Source of the DNA: Candidatus Lustribacter sp. | Lineage (GTDB): Bacteria > Vulcanimicrobiota > Vulcanimicrobiia > Vulcanimicrobiales > Vulcanimicrobiaceae | Direction of reading: 5' to 3' | NCBI GenBank assembly: GCA_965277805.1 | Contig: OZ255842.1 | Span: 1,856,001-1,920,000 of the forward strand | Length of the DNA: 64,000 nucleotides | In this document: one piece after another, positions 46,992-58,094 of the stretch | Layout: each line of letters begins with the position of its first letter | How positions within the stretch are numbered: the first letter of the stretch is position 1 | Notes under the pieces: generated by a model | Told to the model about the DNA's origin: nothing | The model's input: only the letters and a program-made list of their open reading frames with translations | The model's database searches: none | Position numbers and translations under genes: made by a program

Positions 46992-47819
46992 ATGAGCTTC
47001 ATCACGACCACAGATGGTACGGAGATTTATTACAAAGACTGGGGATCCGGTCGCCCGATCGTATTCAGTCATGGCTGGCCGCTCTCGGCTGATGACTGGG
47101 ACGGGCAGATGATGTTTTTCTTAAGCCACGGTTATCGTGTCATCGCTCACGATCGCCGCGGCCACGGCCGCTCATCGCAGGGGAGCACCGGTCATGACAT
47201 GGACCATTACGCCGACGATCTGGCCGCGCTGACCGCGCATCTCGATTTGAAGAACGCCATCCACGTTGGCCATTCGACCGGCGGCGGCGAGGTGGCGCAC
47301 TACATCGCGCGCAGCGGCGAGAGCCGCGTCGCAGCTGCCGTGCTCATCAGTTCGGTGCCGCCGTTGATGCTGAAGACGCCTGCGAATCCCGGCGGCCTGC
47401 CGAAGGACGTGTTCGACGGTCTTCAAGCGCAGGTCGCCACCAATCGCGCCCAGTTCTTTCTCGACTTCCCGAGCGGGCCTTTCTTCGGCTACAACCGTCC
47501 GGGCGCAACGCCGAAGCAAGGCGTGATCAACAACTGGTGGCGACAGGGCATGATGGGTGGCATCAAGGCGCACTATGACGGGATCGTGGCATTCTCGCAA
47601 ACCGACTTCACCGACGACCTCAAGAAAATCTCGGTGCCGGTGCTGGTGATGCACGGTGAGGACGATCAAGTCGTGCCGTATGCCGATTCCGGACCGCTGT
47701 CGGCCAAACTCGTCCAGCACGGGACGTTGAAATCATATCCCGGCTATCCGCACGGCATGCCGACGACGAACGCGGACGTGATCAACGCGGACCTACTGGC
47801 GTTCTTCAAGACCGTGTGA
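46992..47819 (+). CDS. Non-heme chloroperoxidase-type alpha/beta hydrolase
   Basis: [33 protein letters not shown]. Confidence 0.93.
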   Translation: MSFITTTDGTEIYYKDWGSGRPIVFSHGWPLSADDWDGQMMFFLSHGYRVIAHDRRGHGRSSQGSTGHDMDHYADDLAALTAHLDLKNAIHVGHSTGGGEVAHYIARSGESRVAAAVLISSVPPLMLKTPANPGGLPKDVFDGLQAQVATNRAQFFLDFPSGPFFGYNRPGATPKQGVINNWWRQGMMGGIKAHYDGIVAFSQTDFTDDLKKISVPVLVMHGEDDQVVPYADSGPLSAKLVQHGTLKSYPGYPHGMPTTNADVINADLLAFFKTV

Positions 47820-49183
47820 CGGCAAAATCGGTACGCGCAGTCGTTGCGCTGACGTGCTTTGCCCAGTTCGTCCTGCAACTGGATTTCAGCATCGTCAACG
47901 TGGCGCTGCCCTCGGTTCTGCGCGACCTGCGTCTGCCGCCGGCGCAGCTCCAATGGATCGTCACCGGTTATGCGTTGACCTTTGGTTCGCTGCTGCTCGC
48001 CGGCGGCCGGGCAGCAGATGTGCTCGGCCGTCGCCGAGTTTTTACCGGCGGCTTGATCGTGTTCGCGATCGCTTCGCTCGCGTGCGGTCTGGCGCAATCC
48101 GGCATGCTGCTGGTCGCCGCACGCATGGTGCAAGGTCTGGCCGCGGCCGCCACCTCGCCGGCGGCGCTCTCGCTGCTCACGACGTCGACGGAGCAAGGAC
48201 CGCAACGCACGAAGGCGCTCGGCGTGTGGCAGGCGATGACCGCAGCCGGAGCGATGACCGGAATCATCGTCGGCGGTGCGCTGACCCAATTCTTCGGTTG
48301 GCGCTCGATCTTCCTGATCAATCCGCCCATCATTCTCGCGATGCTCTTCTTCGCTCGCGCGCTGCCGCCCGAGCGCCCTACGGGCACGTCGTCATCGATC
48401 GACGTGCGCGGCGCACTGCTGCTCACGGCATCCATTGCGGCGTTCATTTTCGGGCTCAGTAACGGCGAGCAGGCCGGATTCGCCGACCCGCTCACGATCG
48501 GCGCGCTCGTCGCCGCCGTCGCACTCGGCGGCTGGTTCTTCGTCGCCGAACGCGGCGTTGCGGAGCCCATGGTGCCGCGCTCGATCTCCTCGTCCCGTCC
48601 GCGGCAAGCGGCGGTGGCGGTCATGCTGTTGCTGGGAGCCGTCATCGCCGGGTACGTGTACTTCGTGTCGCTCTATCTGCAGCGTGTGCTGCAATTCAGT
48701 CCGGCGCTGGCCGGGCTCGGCCTCGTGCCCTCGACGCTCGCGGTCGTGCTCGTCTCCACATACGTCATGCGGCCGGTGCTCGCACGCATCGGCATCTGGC
48801 GGACGATCCTCGCGGGGTTGACGCTGCTCGGCTTCGGGCAACTGTGGCTCGTCGCCGTGTGGTCGACCGGCGGCTACGTAGAGGTGGTACTGCCCGGCCT
48901 CATTCTCACCGCATCCGGCATGGGACTCGCCCTGCCGGCCGCCTCGGTTGCGCTCACCAACGGCGTGGAACCGCGCGATGCCGGACTCGCCGGCGCGCTG
49001 TTCGTTGCAAGCCAGCAGGTTGGCGGCGCGATTGGGCTTGCGGTGCTCGCAACTGTGGCCGCCGCGCGCAGCTCGGCAACGGATGCGACGCTCCAGAGCG
49101 GTTATAGCCTTGCGTTTCTCGTCTCGGTGTTCCTCATACTGATCGCGGCTACGGTTGCATTCGGTGCGCAACGCGCACGTTAG
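47816..49183 (+). CDS. MFS transporter (DHA2/EmrB-like)
   Basis: [31 protein letters not shown]. Confidence 0.9.
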   Translation: MTAKSVRAVVALTCFAQFVLQLDFSIVNVALPSVLRDLRLPPAQLQWIVTGYALTFGSLLLAGGRAADVLGRRRVFTGGLIVFAIASLACGLAQSGMLLVAARMVQGLAAAATSPAALSLLTTSTEQGPQRTKALGVWQAMTAAGAMTGIIVGGALTQFFGWRSIFLINPPIILAMLFFARALPPERPTGTSSSIDVRGALLLTASIAAFIFGLSNGEQAGFADPLTIGALVAAVALGGWFFVAERGVAEPMVPRSISSSRPRQAAVAVMLLLGAVIAGYVYFVSLYLQRVLQFSPALAGLGLVPSTLAVVLVSTYVMRPVLARIGIWRTILAGLTLLGFGQLWLVAVWSTGGYVEVVLPGLILTASGMGLALPAASVALTNGVEPRDAGLAGALFVASQQVGGAIGLAVLATVAAARSSATDATLQSGYSLAFLVSVFLILIAATVAFGAQRAR

Positions 49184-50282
49184 CGGCACCGCGATCGTCG
49201 TCGGCGGCTCGCTGACCGGATTGGCGGCGGCGATTGCGTTAGCGCGAATCGGCGTACGGGTCACCGTGCTCGAACAAACGGTACGCTTCGACCGCGGCGG
49301 CACGGGCTTAGGCGTCGATCGCGGCCTGCTCGCGGCGGTCGTGGGCGCCGATCCGCGCACCGACCGCGACCAGCCGCACCTGCCGGTGATCGTCACGAGC
49401 CGCGAGACGTCGACATGGCATGCCATCCGCGCGTGGCTCGTTGCGCTCGCCGCCCGCGTGGACGGCTTAAAGATGCGCGAAGGGGTGCGCGTGACGGGCA
49501 TCGCGCAACGCGGCGATTCCGCCACGGCCGTTGCCGGCAGCGAATCGTTTACCGCCGACGTGCTGATCGGCGCCGACGGCTATCGCAGCACGGTGCGCGC
49601 CGTCGTCGATCCGGACAACGCATTCGCGCCGTACGCCGGGTTTCTGATCTGGCGCGGGCTCGTCGCCGAGCGCGACCTGCCGGGGCGCGCCGCGCAGGCG
49701 CACGTCGCCGGCGGCCTGCTTCCGTTTCCTGAAGTCGCGCGATTGATCGCCTATCATGTGCCGGGCGCCGACGGATCGGTGCAGAGCGGCGAACGGCAGT
49801 TCACCTTCGCATGGTACGATGCGTCGCGCACGACATGGCTGCGCGCGAACGGCGCATTGCGCGGCGACGAAGTACAGCATTCGATCGAGAGCGCAGCGAT
49901 CGATGAAGCAATGCGCGCGGAATTGCGCATGGCCGCACGGCGCGGCTGGACGGGCACCGCACTCGACATCGTCGTGCGCGCCATCGACGAGCGCATCATC
50001 TTCGGTACGCCGCTGACGGAGTATTATCCGCAGCGCCTGGTCAACGGCCGGGTCGCGATCCTCGGCGACGCGGGCCACGTGGCATCGCCAATGGTCGGGC
50101 ATGGTCTAGCACTCGGCTGGCTCGATGCGCACGCGCTCGCGGCCGCTATTGCGGCTGAAGGAAAGCCGAACGGACGCGCGCTCGCCGCCTACGAGGGCGC
50201 GCGCTTGAGCGAATCACAACAGCACGTGACGGAAAGTCAACGCTCGACGCATCAGTTGCTACTGCACGCTCAGGGTCGCTGA
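49155..50282 (+). CDS. FAD-dependent monooxygenase
   Basis: VVGGSLTGL, IGADGYRS, YAGFLIWRG, LGDAGH..P; start uncertain. Confidence 0.85.
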   Translation: MHSVRNAHVSGTAIVVGGSLTGLAAAIALARIGVRVTVLEQTVRFDRGGTGLGVDRGLLAAVVGADPRTDRDQPHLPVIVTSRETSTWHAIRAWLVALAARVDGLKMREGVRVTGIAQRGDSATAVAGSESFTADVLIGADGYRSTVRAVVDPDNAFAPYAGFLIWRGLVAERDLPGRAAQAHVAGGLLPFPEVARLIAYHVPGADGSVQSGERQFTFAWYDASRTTWLRANGALRGDEVQHSIESAAIDEAMRAELRMAARRGWTGTALDIVVRAIDERIIFGTPLTEYYPQRLVNGRVAILGDAGHVASPMVGHGLALGWLDAHALAAAIAAEGKPNGRALAAYEGARLSESQQHVTESQRSTHQLLLHAQGR

Positions 50283-53200
50283 GGCAGTCCGGCCGAATTC
50301 TTCCGGCCGATCGATCAGGCGCGCTTCCGCACCCGGCCACGCGAACGTGCCCGGCGTGACGGTGCGCGCGATGTAGTGCAGCACGTAGATGCCGGGCCCG
50401 AGATGATCGGCGTAGGCTTCGATCCGATCGTGATAGATCTGCTGATCGTCGATCTGCCAGCTCTGCGCCGGCGCGACGGCGGTATTCGTCTTGAACGAGG
50501 TGTCGACGGCTTCCATGCCGGCCGGTAGCGGATCGGTGATCTGCACGCGATCGATCGGATGATCGGTGATGACTTGCAACTCGACATCGAACACTTGCGC
50601 TGCGTGCAAGGCAACGGGATCGGCGAGCACGGCCAGGCCCATCGTTGCCAGCGCGCTCGCGGCGCCGGCCGGATGAACGATCCGCGTGACGCGCAGGCCG
50701 TTGAGCTGACCGCGCTGCGGGCCGGCCAGGCGATAGCGGTAGCTCAATGCGTAGTGGAGCGGCCCCGGGCTTTGCAGCGCGAGGTTGACCGGAGTCGTGC
50801 CCGGCGCAAGCCGCGCGGCCGGAACGTTGGCCGTTAGCGAGGCGGGGCGATGTCCGCTGAAGGCTACGGTAGCAATCGAGGATGTGCCCAGCGTTGCAGT
50901 TGCGTTGAGGTTCGCCGGCGGCCCGGCGGCAACGGCAACGTCGACGAGGGCATCGAGCGCCGCGGCGTTCTGGCAGGCACAGCCCCACGAGCCGTTGCGG
51001 CGCAGCGCGAGCAGACTGCGCGTGAGACGGTCGATGGTGAGAGCGTCGGCATGTTGCGCCAGGAGCAAGCGCGTCATCAGCGCTTCCGCGATCACCGGCT
51101 GTGCGAACCAGCGGTAGCGGTCCGGCGCGTTGAATGTTGCGAGTGCGCCGGTCTGGTACACGCGATCGCCGAGCGCTTGGGCTTCGGCATTGCCGCGATC
51201 GCCGTAGCCCGGCGCAAGCAGCAGCAGCCGCGCGAGCCGGATTTGATCGGGGGTGTCGAACTGGGCGCGCACCGCATCGATGTCGCCCAGATAAGACGTG
51301 CGGCGATCGCCGGCATCGGCCAGCGCATCGAGCGCGTGCAGGCGCAGCTGGTTCTTGCAGGCGGCGCTCTTGCACCACGGCCAGGCGCCCGGATCGGCCA
51401 GCACGGTGCTAGCAAAGTTGACCGCCTTCGCACGCGAGGCCGCGTTGACCGCGATGCCGGCATCGCTCGCGCGCGCATACGCGTGCAGCACCTCGAGCGA
51501 GTCGTAGGGATCTGTAACCTTTCCCCCCGGATACGACGCGAAGCCGCCGTCCGGCCGTTGGAGCGAGGCGAGAAACGCAAGATCGCCGGCAGCGGTCGTG
51601 CGCGCTTCGGGCGGCGGCGCCGAATTGGTCAACGCACCGAGACGAATGACGTCGGCCGCGACGGTGAGACGACCGGCGGCGGCAAGCGCCACGCGGCCTT
51701 CGTCGGCGAAGACGGATTGCGCGGCAACCAGCGCATCGGGCAGCAGGCTGTTGGCGAGCACCAGTTGCACGCCACCCGCATCGGCCGGCGTGCCGGCCGC
51801 AACGTTGAGCGGAATCGCGGTGCTGCCCCTCGCCAACACACCGGTCGTGATGACGCTCTCCATCACCGCGCGATCGATGACCGGAACGGGAATCGCGAAG
51901 CCGTCGCTCGCCGCTCCGCCCGTGCCGCTGCGTTTGGCGGTGAACGTTGCGGTGCTCGTGCCCGGGCCGCCGGCCAGCATCGGAAAGCGGTAGGCTTTGG
52001 TAATCTGGTCGATCGGCGCGGAGAACGTCGTCGTGGGCACGGGTTGCTGCGTCTCGTTGAGGAACGCGAGGGGCGCGGTCAGCGTGCCGGCGATCGCGAT
52101 CGTGGCGCCGGTTGCGCTCGCCGCGTCGGTCACCGCGACGCCGGCATTGAAGCGATCGCCCGGGCGCGCAAACTGCGGAACCACCGGATTCGCAATCAGC
52201 GATTTGGTCGTGAGGAAGGTCGTCTCGCCGTTACCGAAGCGGCCATCGGTCGTTGCGGCGACCGCCATGACGCGCCAGGTCGTGAGATCGTCGGGGAGAT
52301 CGAAGGCAACGTCGGCATCGCCGTTCGCATCGGTAAGGATGGAGCCCGCGTAGTACGCCAGCGGATCGAACTTACGGCGGATGCGCGTGTCTTCGGCCCC
52401 GGTCGACAGGCCTCCACCGAACCCCCAGCCCTTTTCGACCGGGCGGGCCAAGCTTTGCAGCACGATTGCGCCGCGGTTGTCCGCGAAGCGCGTCGAGATC
52501 GGCTGATCGCCGTACACGAGCGCAACGAGGTCGGGCGGCCGGTAACCGCTGAGCTGAAGGATCGCATCGTTCGCAACGATCAGCGTGACCTGACCGCGTA
52601 CGGCATGCTGCGCACGATCGGTGACGTGCACGTGAATCGATTGGTGCGCGGCCGGCGCGAGGCGTGCTTGTTGCGGCTTCGCGGTCACCGTTAAGTATTT
52701 GGCATCGAGCGCGACGTCGAAGGCCGCGAAGCCGTTACGCGCGACCGCATTGCCGGTATCGGCCGGCGCGGTTTTCGGCAGCGGGCCATGACGCACGGCG
52801 ATGGCTTCGAATGCTGCGTTCGGCAGCATCCCCGGCGTGACGGTGAACGACACCGCCGGCGCCGCGCCGTGCGCGTGGAGGCGCTGCTGCCAGATCACGC
52901 CGCTGCGCACGACCGCGACCAGAATGTCGGCATCGGGGAACGGCGAGACGATCAGCGCGCGCGCAACCTCGCCCGGGCGATACTTCGTTTTGTCGAGATG
53001 CACGTCGAGCTGGTTGGGGTCGCGCGCCCCCCAGGCCGCTTCGCCCGGTCCGGTAACGTAGAGCTGCACGTCGGTCTCGCCCGCATCGGAGGTCGCACCG
53101 GCCGTATTCGCGCGGATGCGATACGTTCCGGAACTCGGCGGCGTCAGCTGCGCGCTGACGGCGCCGGTTGCGGTTTCGACATCGGTGGTCGCGATGGTCT

Positions 53201-55928
53201 TGTAGGTGACGCTCTCTTCCGCGGAATCGCCGCCTTCGACAACGGCGGTCGCCGCAAGGTAGGTCGCGAGCTGCAACTCGAGATGAACCTTCGTTTGCGG
53301 TACCGGGGCGCCGTTCGGATCCAGCGCGATCACCGAGATCTTCGCCGGCTGCTGCGCGGTCGCGACGAAATCGGTTTTGAGACCGATCTGCACCTTGCCC
53401 GGAAACGCGGTGAACGTTTTGCTGTCGCCGACCGAGAGGTTCGCGACGTCGGTCGTATCGGCGTCGACTTGATAGGTCATCGGATACGGCAGATCGGCGG
53501 CCACCGGTACGGAGAGCGGCGCATTGCCACTCGCGTCGACGGGAACCGTTTGCTGCAGCACGTCGGAACTCACCGAGGGCGCGCTCTCGGGCCAGAACCA
53601 TTGGCGCCCGAACGTGTAGCTCGGGTCTTTGGCCCACGTATAGTTGGTGAGCGAGCGCGTGACTTCGTAGTACGTCGACGCGCCGGCGACGGGCGAGCCG
53701 AACAAATACGTGCTCGTCGTTCGCGCCGCGACCGATTCGCCGGCAACCGCGGCCTTGACCGGCAGCGCGAGGGTGACGGCGAAGTTCGGCGGCTTGAATT
53801 CCGCGACGCGGAAGCTGCCGTCGATCGTCTCGCCGTTGCCGGCACTCGCGTGCACGTTGTAGTAGCCGAGCGGCGCGTTCTTGTCGATCGTGATCGGAAT
53901 TGACGCCGTACCGTAGGCGTTGAGCGTGATGCGCGGTAACGTGCGCTTCTCTTGATTCGGGAATTGCAACTCGACGCTATAGTTCGCGGCTTTCCCGCGA
54001 CCGAGCACACCGTGCGTGAGGAACCACCCGACCGCGGTGAGCTTCACCGTCTCGCCCGGCTGGTAGAGGTCGCGGTCGGAGAAAATCGTGCCGTGCGCGA
54101 TCGGGGTTGCCGATGACCAGCCCGTGTAGAGATTGGCCGCGAACGCACCGGAGCCGTCGTCGGAGCGCACGTACGTCCAGTCGGGGCCGTCGCGCACGAT
54201 CGTGACCAGTGACGGTGCCGTGTTCTGGCCATTATCGAGCACGGCACACGGCGCAAAGCCGGAGCCGCCGAAGTGCGCGATGCCGTCGGCGCCGGTTTGC
54301 GCCGTCGTACACGGGATCGCCGCATTCTTCACCTTGGCGCCGGTTTGCGATGAATACACGGAGACGGAGGCGCCCGCAACGGGCGTGCCGTCGCTGAGAC
54401 GATTGACGCGCACGAACCCGCTGTCGGGAAACCACTGCGCGAACACGCCGAGATTCGTCAGCCCGACGAGGCCGCTGAACGAAGCACTATGGTCGGGGAT
54501 CGTCGCGGCAACGGAATACGCGAGCACGCCGGCCGGACCGCCGAGCTGTTCGCGCAGCGGCACCGTAATCGTGCGATCGACGTTCGGCCGGCTGGTCGTG
54601 TCGAGCGCCACGTGGCGCGTCGCCGGCAGCGCAAAAAGCGCGGAGGTGTCGTCTTGCGGATCCTCGTTGAGCACGACATCGGCCGGCTGCAGCGCGGTAA
54701 AGCGCGCGTCGACCGACCCGCGCGGCACGTTTACGGCATCGACGTTGAGCGCGACCTTGAGCGGCGCTGGAAAGAGATTGGAACCTGTGGGAGCCCAGAG
54801 GGACGGTGTCACGTCGGTCGTACGGAAGGTCGCGCTCGCGCTGGTACCGAGCTTCTGACCGAAGGTGTCGGCCAGCGCCGGATCGATCGTCACCGTGTAG
54901 TCGGTGTTCGGTGCGAGCAGCGCCGGGTTGATGCCGACGGTGCTGTCGTCGATGGTCGCGACGGCGGTGCCCGCGGCCGGCGCCGGCTGGATGTGAATCG
55001 CGCCGAGCGTCTTCGTATCGACCGGATTGCTGAACGAGAGTTGGGGCGTGCCGCTGTCGAGCCGGTCGGCGGGATCATGCGGTTGCAAGAGCCCGTCGAA
55101 CGTGAGCACTCCATAGGTGCGTAACCGGCCGCTGAACGTGGCCGAACTCGGCATGTTCCCGCGCACCGGCACGATACCGGGCGTGAAGATGATGTGGTAG
55201 CTCGTACCTTTGGCCAGCGGTTGCGCCGGCAAGAAGACGTAGGTGTACGCTTGTTGTGAGGGGTCGAAGGCTTGATCCGGCGGTGGCGACGGCGACGCGG
55301 AGTTCGCCGGGCTCGGCGGCACGATGAGTCCCACGGCCGGCCCGGCGGTGTCGGGCAGCAGCGAGCCGTGCGCGATGAGGCTCTGCACGTCGAGCGCGGT
55401 GTTGGATGATAGGCGAATCGTAGGCGTGAGCGGCCCCGGATCGGGCGCGGTCTTCGCGTCGTCCTGCAGCGGGAGATCGCTCAGCGCGATCGCAGCGGTT
55501 TGAAACGTCCAAGTGAAGTCGCTCGCCAGCGCGTGGCCGCTCAGATGGTGGAGACCCTTCGCGATCGTCACCCGCACGCGCGTTGCGAGCGGGAGCGCGG
55601 CGTCGGCTTGGAAGCCGATCATGCGCGGCGTGAGAAAACGGAAATGTCCCGGCAGCGCGGGCGAAATCGAGAACTGCGCGAGCACCGCGGCTTCGTCGGG
55701 ACTCTCCAGCCGCTCGAGCGGAATCAGATCGCCGCGGAAGATCACGCGGATCTGCGCCAGCGTATCAACGGTGCCGCTCGGCGCGAACGAGGCGATCGGA
55801 CCCTGCGGCGTCGCGGCCGGCGCGGGTTCGACCGATTGGAGCGCGGACGGCGCGCTCGAGCTCGAGTGGCAGGCGGTAAAACCCAGCACGGCAATTGCGA
55901 CCAGGAGCGTTCGGACCGCGTGCGTCAA
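50259..55928 (-). CDS. Bacterial alpha-2-macroglobulin lipoprotein lacking the CxEQ thioester motif
   Basis: Lipobox FTA-C, FSDRDLYQPGE, FRVAEFKPPNF, LPDDLTTWR, DPLPAGME. TTG start near 55928; the ORF-track extension to 57218 is antisense to pbpC. Confidence 0.9.
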   Translation of the reverse strand: MTHAVRTLLVAIAVLGFTACHSSSSAPSALQSVEPAPAATPQGPIASFAPSGTVDTLAQIRVIFRGDLIPLERLESPDEAAVLAQFSISPALPGHFRFLTPRMIGFQADAALPLATRVRVTIAKGLHHLSGHALASDFTWTFQTAAIALSDLPLQDDAKTAPDPGPLTPTIRLSSNTALDVQSLIAHGSLLPDTAGPAVGLIVPPSPANSASPSPPPDQAFDPSQQAYTYVFLPAQPLAKGTSYHIIFTPGIVPVRGNMPSSATFSGRLRTYGVLTFDGLLQPHDPADRLDSGTPQLSFSNPVDTKTLGAIHIQPAPAAGTAVATIDDSTVGINPALLAPNTDYTVTIDPALADTFGQKLGTSASATFRTTDVTPSLWAPTGSNLFPAPLKVALNVDAVNVPRGSVDARFTALQPADVVLNEDPQDDTSALFALPATRHVALDTTSRPNVDRTITVPLREQLGGPAGVLAYSVAATIPDHSASFSGLVGLTNLGVFAQWFPDSGFVRVNRLSDGTPVAGASVSVYSSQTGAKVKNAAIPCTTAQTGADGIAHFGGSGFAPCAVLDNGQNTAPSLVTIVRDGPDWTYVRSDDGSGAFAANLYTGWSSATPIAHGTIFSDRDLYQPGETVKLTAVGWFLTHGVLGRGKAANYSVELQFPNQEKRTLPRITLNAYGTASIPITIDKNAPLGYYNVHASAGNGETIDGSFRVAEFKPPNFAVTLALPVKAAVAGESVAARTTSTYLFGSPVAGASTYYEVTRSLTNYTWAKDPSYTFGRQWFWPESAPSVSSDVLQQTVPVDASGNAPLSVPVAADLPYPMTYQVDADTTDVANLSVGDSKTFTAFPGKVQIGLKTDFVATAQQPAKISVIALDPNGAPVPQTKVHLELQLATYLAATAVVEGGDSAEESVTYKTIATTDVETATGAVSAQLTPPSSGTYRIRANTAGATSDAGETDVQLYVTGPGEAAWGARDPNQLDVHLDKTKYRPGEVARALIVSPFPDADILVAVVRSGVIWQQRLHAHGAAPAVSFTVTPGMLPNAAFEAIAVRHGPLPKTAPADTGNAVARNGFAAFDVALDAKYLTVTAKPQQARLAPAAHQSIHVHVTDRAQHAVRGQVTLIVANDAILQLSGYRPPDLVALVYGDQPISTRFADNRGAIVLQSLARPVEKGWGFGGGLSTGAEDTRIRRKFDPLAYYAGSILTDANGDADVAFDLPDDLTTWRVMAVAATTDGRFGNGETTFLTTKSLIANPVVPQFARPGDRFNAGVAVTDAASATGATIAIAGTLTAPLAFLNETQQPVPTTTFSAPIDQITKAYRFPMLAGGPGTSTATFTAKRSGTGGAASDGFAIPVPVIDRAVMESVITTGVLARGSTAIPLNVAAGTPADAGGVQLVLANSLLPDALVAAQSVFADEGRVALAAAGRLTVAADVIRLGALTNSAPPPEARTTAAGDLAFLASLQRPDGGFASYPGGKVTDPYDSLEVLHAYARASDAGIAVNAASRAKAVNFASTVLADPGAWPWCKSAACKNQLRLHALDALADAGDRRTSYLGDIDAVRAQFDTPDQIRLARLLLLAPGYGDRGNAEAQALGDRVYQTGALATFNAPDRYRWFAQPVIAEALMTRLLLAQHADALTIDRLTRSLLALRRNGSWGCACQNAAALDALVDVAVAAGPPANLNATATLGTSSIATVAFSGHRPASLTANVPAARLAPGTTPVNLALQSPGPLHYALSYRYRLAGPQRGQLNGLRVTRIVHPAGAASALATMGLAVLADPVALHAAQVFDVELQVITDHPIDRVQITDPLPAGMEAVDTSFKTNTAVAPAQSWQIDDQQIYHDRIEAYADHLGPGIYVLHYIARTVTPGTFAWPGAEARLIDRPEEFGRTASATLSVQ

Positions 55929-55937
55929 CAACCGGGG

Positions 55938-58094
55938 ATGCGCCGTCCTTGGGTCGTCGCCCTTGCGAGTGTCGTTATTGCCGCCGGCGCGTTCTTGGCG
56001 CGGCCGATCGGCCCCGGCGCGTTCGCACCGAGCGGCGGCGCGGTGACGTTCGTCGATCGCGCCGGCTTGCCGCTCGGAACCGTGCTTTCGCGCGATACGG
56101 AACACGCAGTGCATGTGCCGCTGCAAGCGGTGTCGCCGCACTTCCTCGCGGCGATCGTCGCGGTCGAAGATGCACGCTTCGCGCAGCATCGCGGCGTCGA
56201 CCCGGCCGCGCTGGCGCGCGCGACGGCCGAGGTGCTGCGCACGCGACACATCGTCAGCGGCGGTTCCACGATCACGATGCAGTTGGCGCGCCTGCGCTAC
56301 GACCTGCCGCGCACGGTGTGGGGGAAGCTCGAGGAGATCGCGCTGGCGCTGCGGATCGAAGCCGGCACCTCGAAGGCGCAGATCCTCGAAGCGTACGTGA
56401 ACCGGCTGCCGATGGGCGGCAACCTCGTCGGCGTTGAGGCCGGCGCGCGGACCTACTTCGGCGTGCCGGCCGAAGCTCTGGATTGGTCGCAAGCGGCATT
56501 TCTTGCGGCGTTGCCCAACGATCCCTCGGCCCTCGATCCGTACACGCATCGCGCTGCCCTCGAACGGCGCCGCCGCGCGATCATCGCTTACCTGCACTCG
56601 CGCGGCGTGCTCGGTGCCGATGACGCACGCCGCGCCATAACAGAACAGATCGCGCTCGTGCCACGCCGCGAGGGCATTCATGATGCGCCGCAACTGCTGT
56701 TTCGCTTGGCCGCGTCGACCCCGGCCGGCACGGAACGCGTGCGCACCACGATCGATCGCGACTTGCAGCGGTACGTCGAGAACACGGCGCAAGAAGTCGT
56801 TGCGGCGCTCGGCGACCGCGCGGTGCACGACGCCGCGGCGGTCGTGGTCGACAACGCCACCGGCAACGTCCTCGCGTATCTCGGCTCGCCCGAATACTTC
56901 GACGCGCGCAGTTTGGGACGCAACGACGGCGTGACGGCGCTGCGCCAGCCGGGCTCGACGCTGAAGCCGTTTCTCTACGAGCTGGCCTTCGAGCGCCGCA
57001 CGATCCGGCCGGCGACGATTCTCGAAGACGTGCCGACGACGTACGCGATTCCGGGGGCGCAGATTTACGCGCCGGCCGACTACTCCGGTGAATTCGAGGG
57101 CCCCGTCCGGCCGCGCATCGCGCTCGCGGATTCGCTCAACGTGCCGGCGGTGCGCACGCTGAGCGCGGTCGGGGTGACGACATTTCAATCGCGGCTGCGG
57201 GCCCTCGGCTTCGTGCATCTCGACAAACCGGCAGCCTACTACGGCCTCGGCCTGACGCTCGGCAGCGGCGAAGTGACGCTCGAAGAACTCGCGCGCGCCT
57301 ATGCAACGGTCGCCCGCGGCGGCCGGCCGATCGCCTTACGCTACCGCGACGTTGATCCCGTGACGAGCGATGCGCGCGACCTGCGCGTCGGCGATGAGGC
57401 GACCTGGGCGCTGGTGACCGACATGCTCTCCGACGCGCACGCGCGAGCGCGTGCCTTCGGCGTGTCGTCGCTCTTGCGGTTGCCGTTTCCGAGCGCGGTG
57501 AAAACCGGCACGTCGTCGGATTTTCGCGATACCTGGACCGTGGGCTTCACGCGCGATTACACCGTCGCCGCGTGGGTCGGCAACTTCAACGGCGCGCCGA
57601 TGCAGCGCATCACCGGCGTCACCGGTGCAGCACCGTTGTGGAATCGCATCATGCTGCACCTGGCCGAAACGCGCGAACCCGGTCCGTTTACGCGGCCGCG
57701 CGGCTACGCTCGCCGTGCGATTTGCGCGACGACCGGGATGCTGCCCGACCCGTCGTGCGAGAGCGTCGTAATGGAATGGCTCGACCCGCTCGACCGCCGC
57801 GCCCTGCACGCCGCCCCGCATCGCGCGCTCGCGCTGGCCATCGACACGCCGCACAACAACGCCCGCTACCTGCCCGGCGGCACGATCCTGATGCGCGCGA
57901 ACGCCGCATTCGGCAGTGACGTGCGCTGGCTCGTCGACGGCCGCCCCGCCGGCAACGGCACGCGCGTTCCGCTTGCGCTACGGCGCGGCGCGCACACGAT
58001 CGAAGCGCAGAATGACCGCGGTGCCGCCGTTACGCACGTCGTCGTGGCCGACGATATCGCCATGCGACGGAGTGGGTTCACGGTGACGCGCTAG
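55938..58094 (+). CDS. pbpC: Penicillin-binding protein 1C
   Basis: EDARF, GGSTITMQLAR, STLK, SLN and KTGT motifs; C-terminal WLVDG domain; adjacent to the A2M gene. Confidence 0.9.
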   Translation: MRRPWVVALASVVIAAGAFLARPIGPGAFAPSGGAVTFVDRAGLPLGTVLSRDTEHAVHVPLQAVSPHFLAAIVAVEDARFAQHRGVDPAALARATAEVLRTRHIVSGGSTITMQLARLRYDLPRTVWGKLEEIALALRIEAGTSKAQILEAYVNRLPMGGNLVGVEAGARTYFGVPAEALDWSQAAFLAALPNDPSALDPYTHRAALERRRRAIIAYLHSRGVLGADDARRAITEQIALVPRREGIHDAPQLLFRLAASTPAGTERVRTTIDRDLQRYVENTAQEVVAALGDRAVHDAAAVVVDNATGNVLAYLGSPEYFDARSLGRNDGVTALRQPGSTLKPFLYELAFERRTIRPATILEDVPTTYAIPGAQIYAPADYSGEFEGPVRPRIALADSLNVPAVRTLSAVGVTTFQSRLRALGFVHLDKPAAYYGLGLTLGSGEVTLEELARAYATVARGGRPIALRYRDVDPVTSDARDLRVGDEATWALVTDMLSDAHARARAFGVSSLLRLPFPSAVKTGTSSDFRDTWTVGFTRDYTVAAWVGNFNGAPMQRITGVTGAAPLWNRIMLHLAETREPGPFTRPRGYARRAICATTGMLPDPSCESVVMEWLDPLDRRALHAAPHRALALAIDTPHNNARYLPGGTILMRANAAFGSDVRWLVDGRPAGNGTRVPLALRRGAHTIEAQNDRGAAVTHVVVADDIAMRRSGFTVTR

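Noticed and set aside
55500-57218. Extended ORF-track starts giving a 2319-aa A2M overlapping an 864-aa PBP1C
   Set aside because: The extensions are antisense read-through; the lipobox and TM anchor place the real starts near 55928 and 55938
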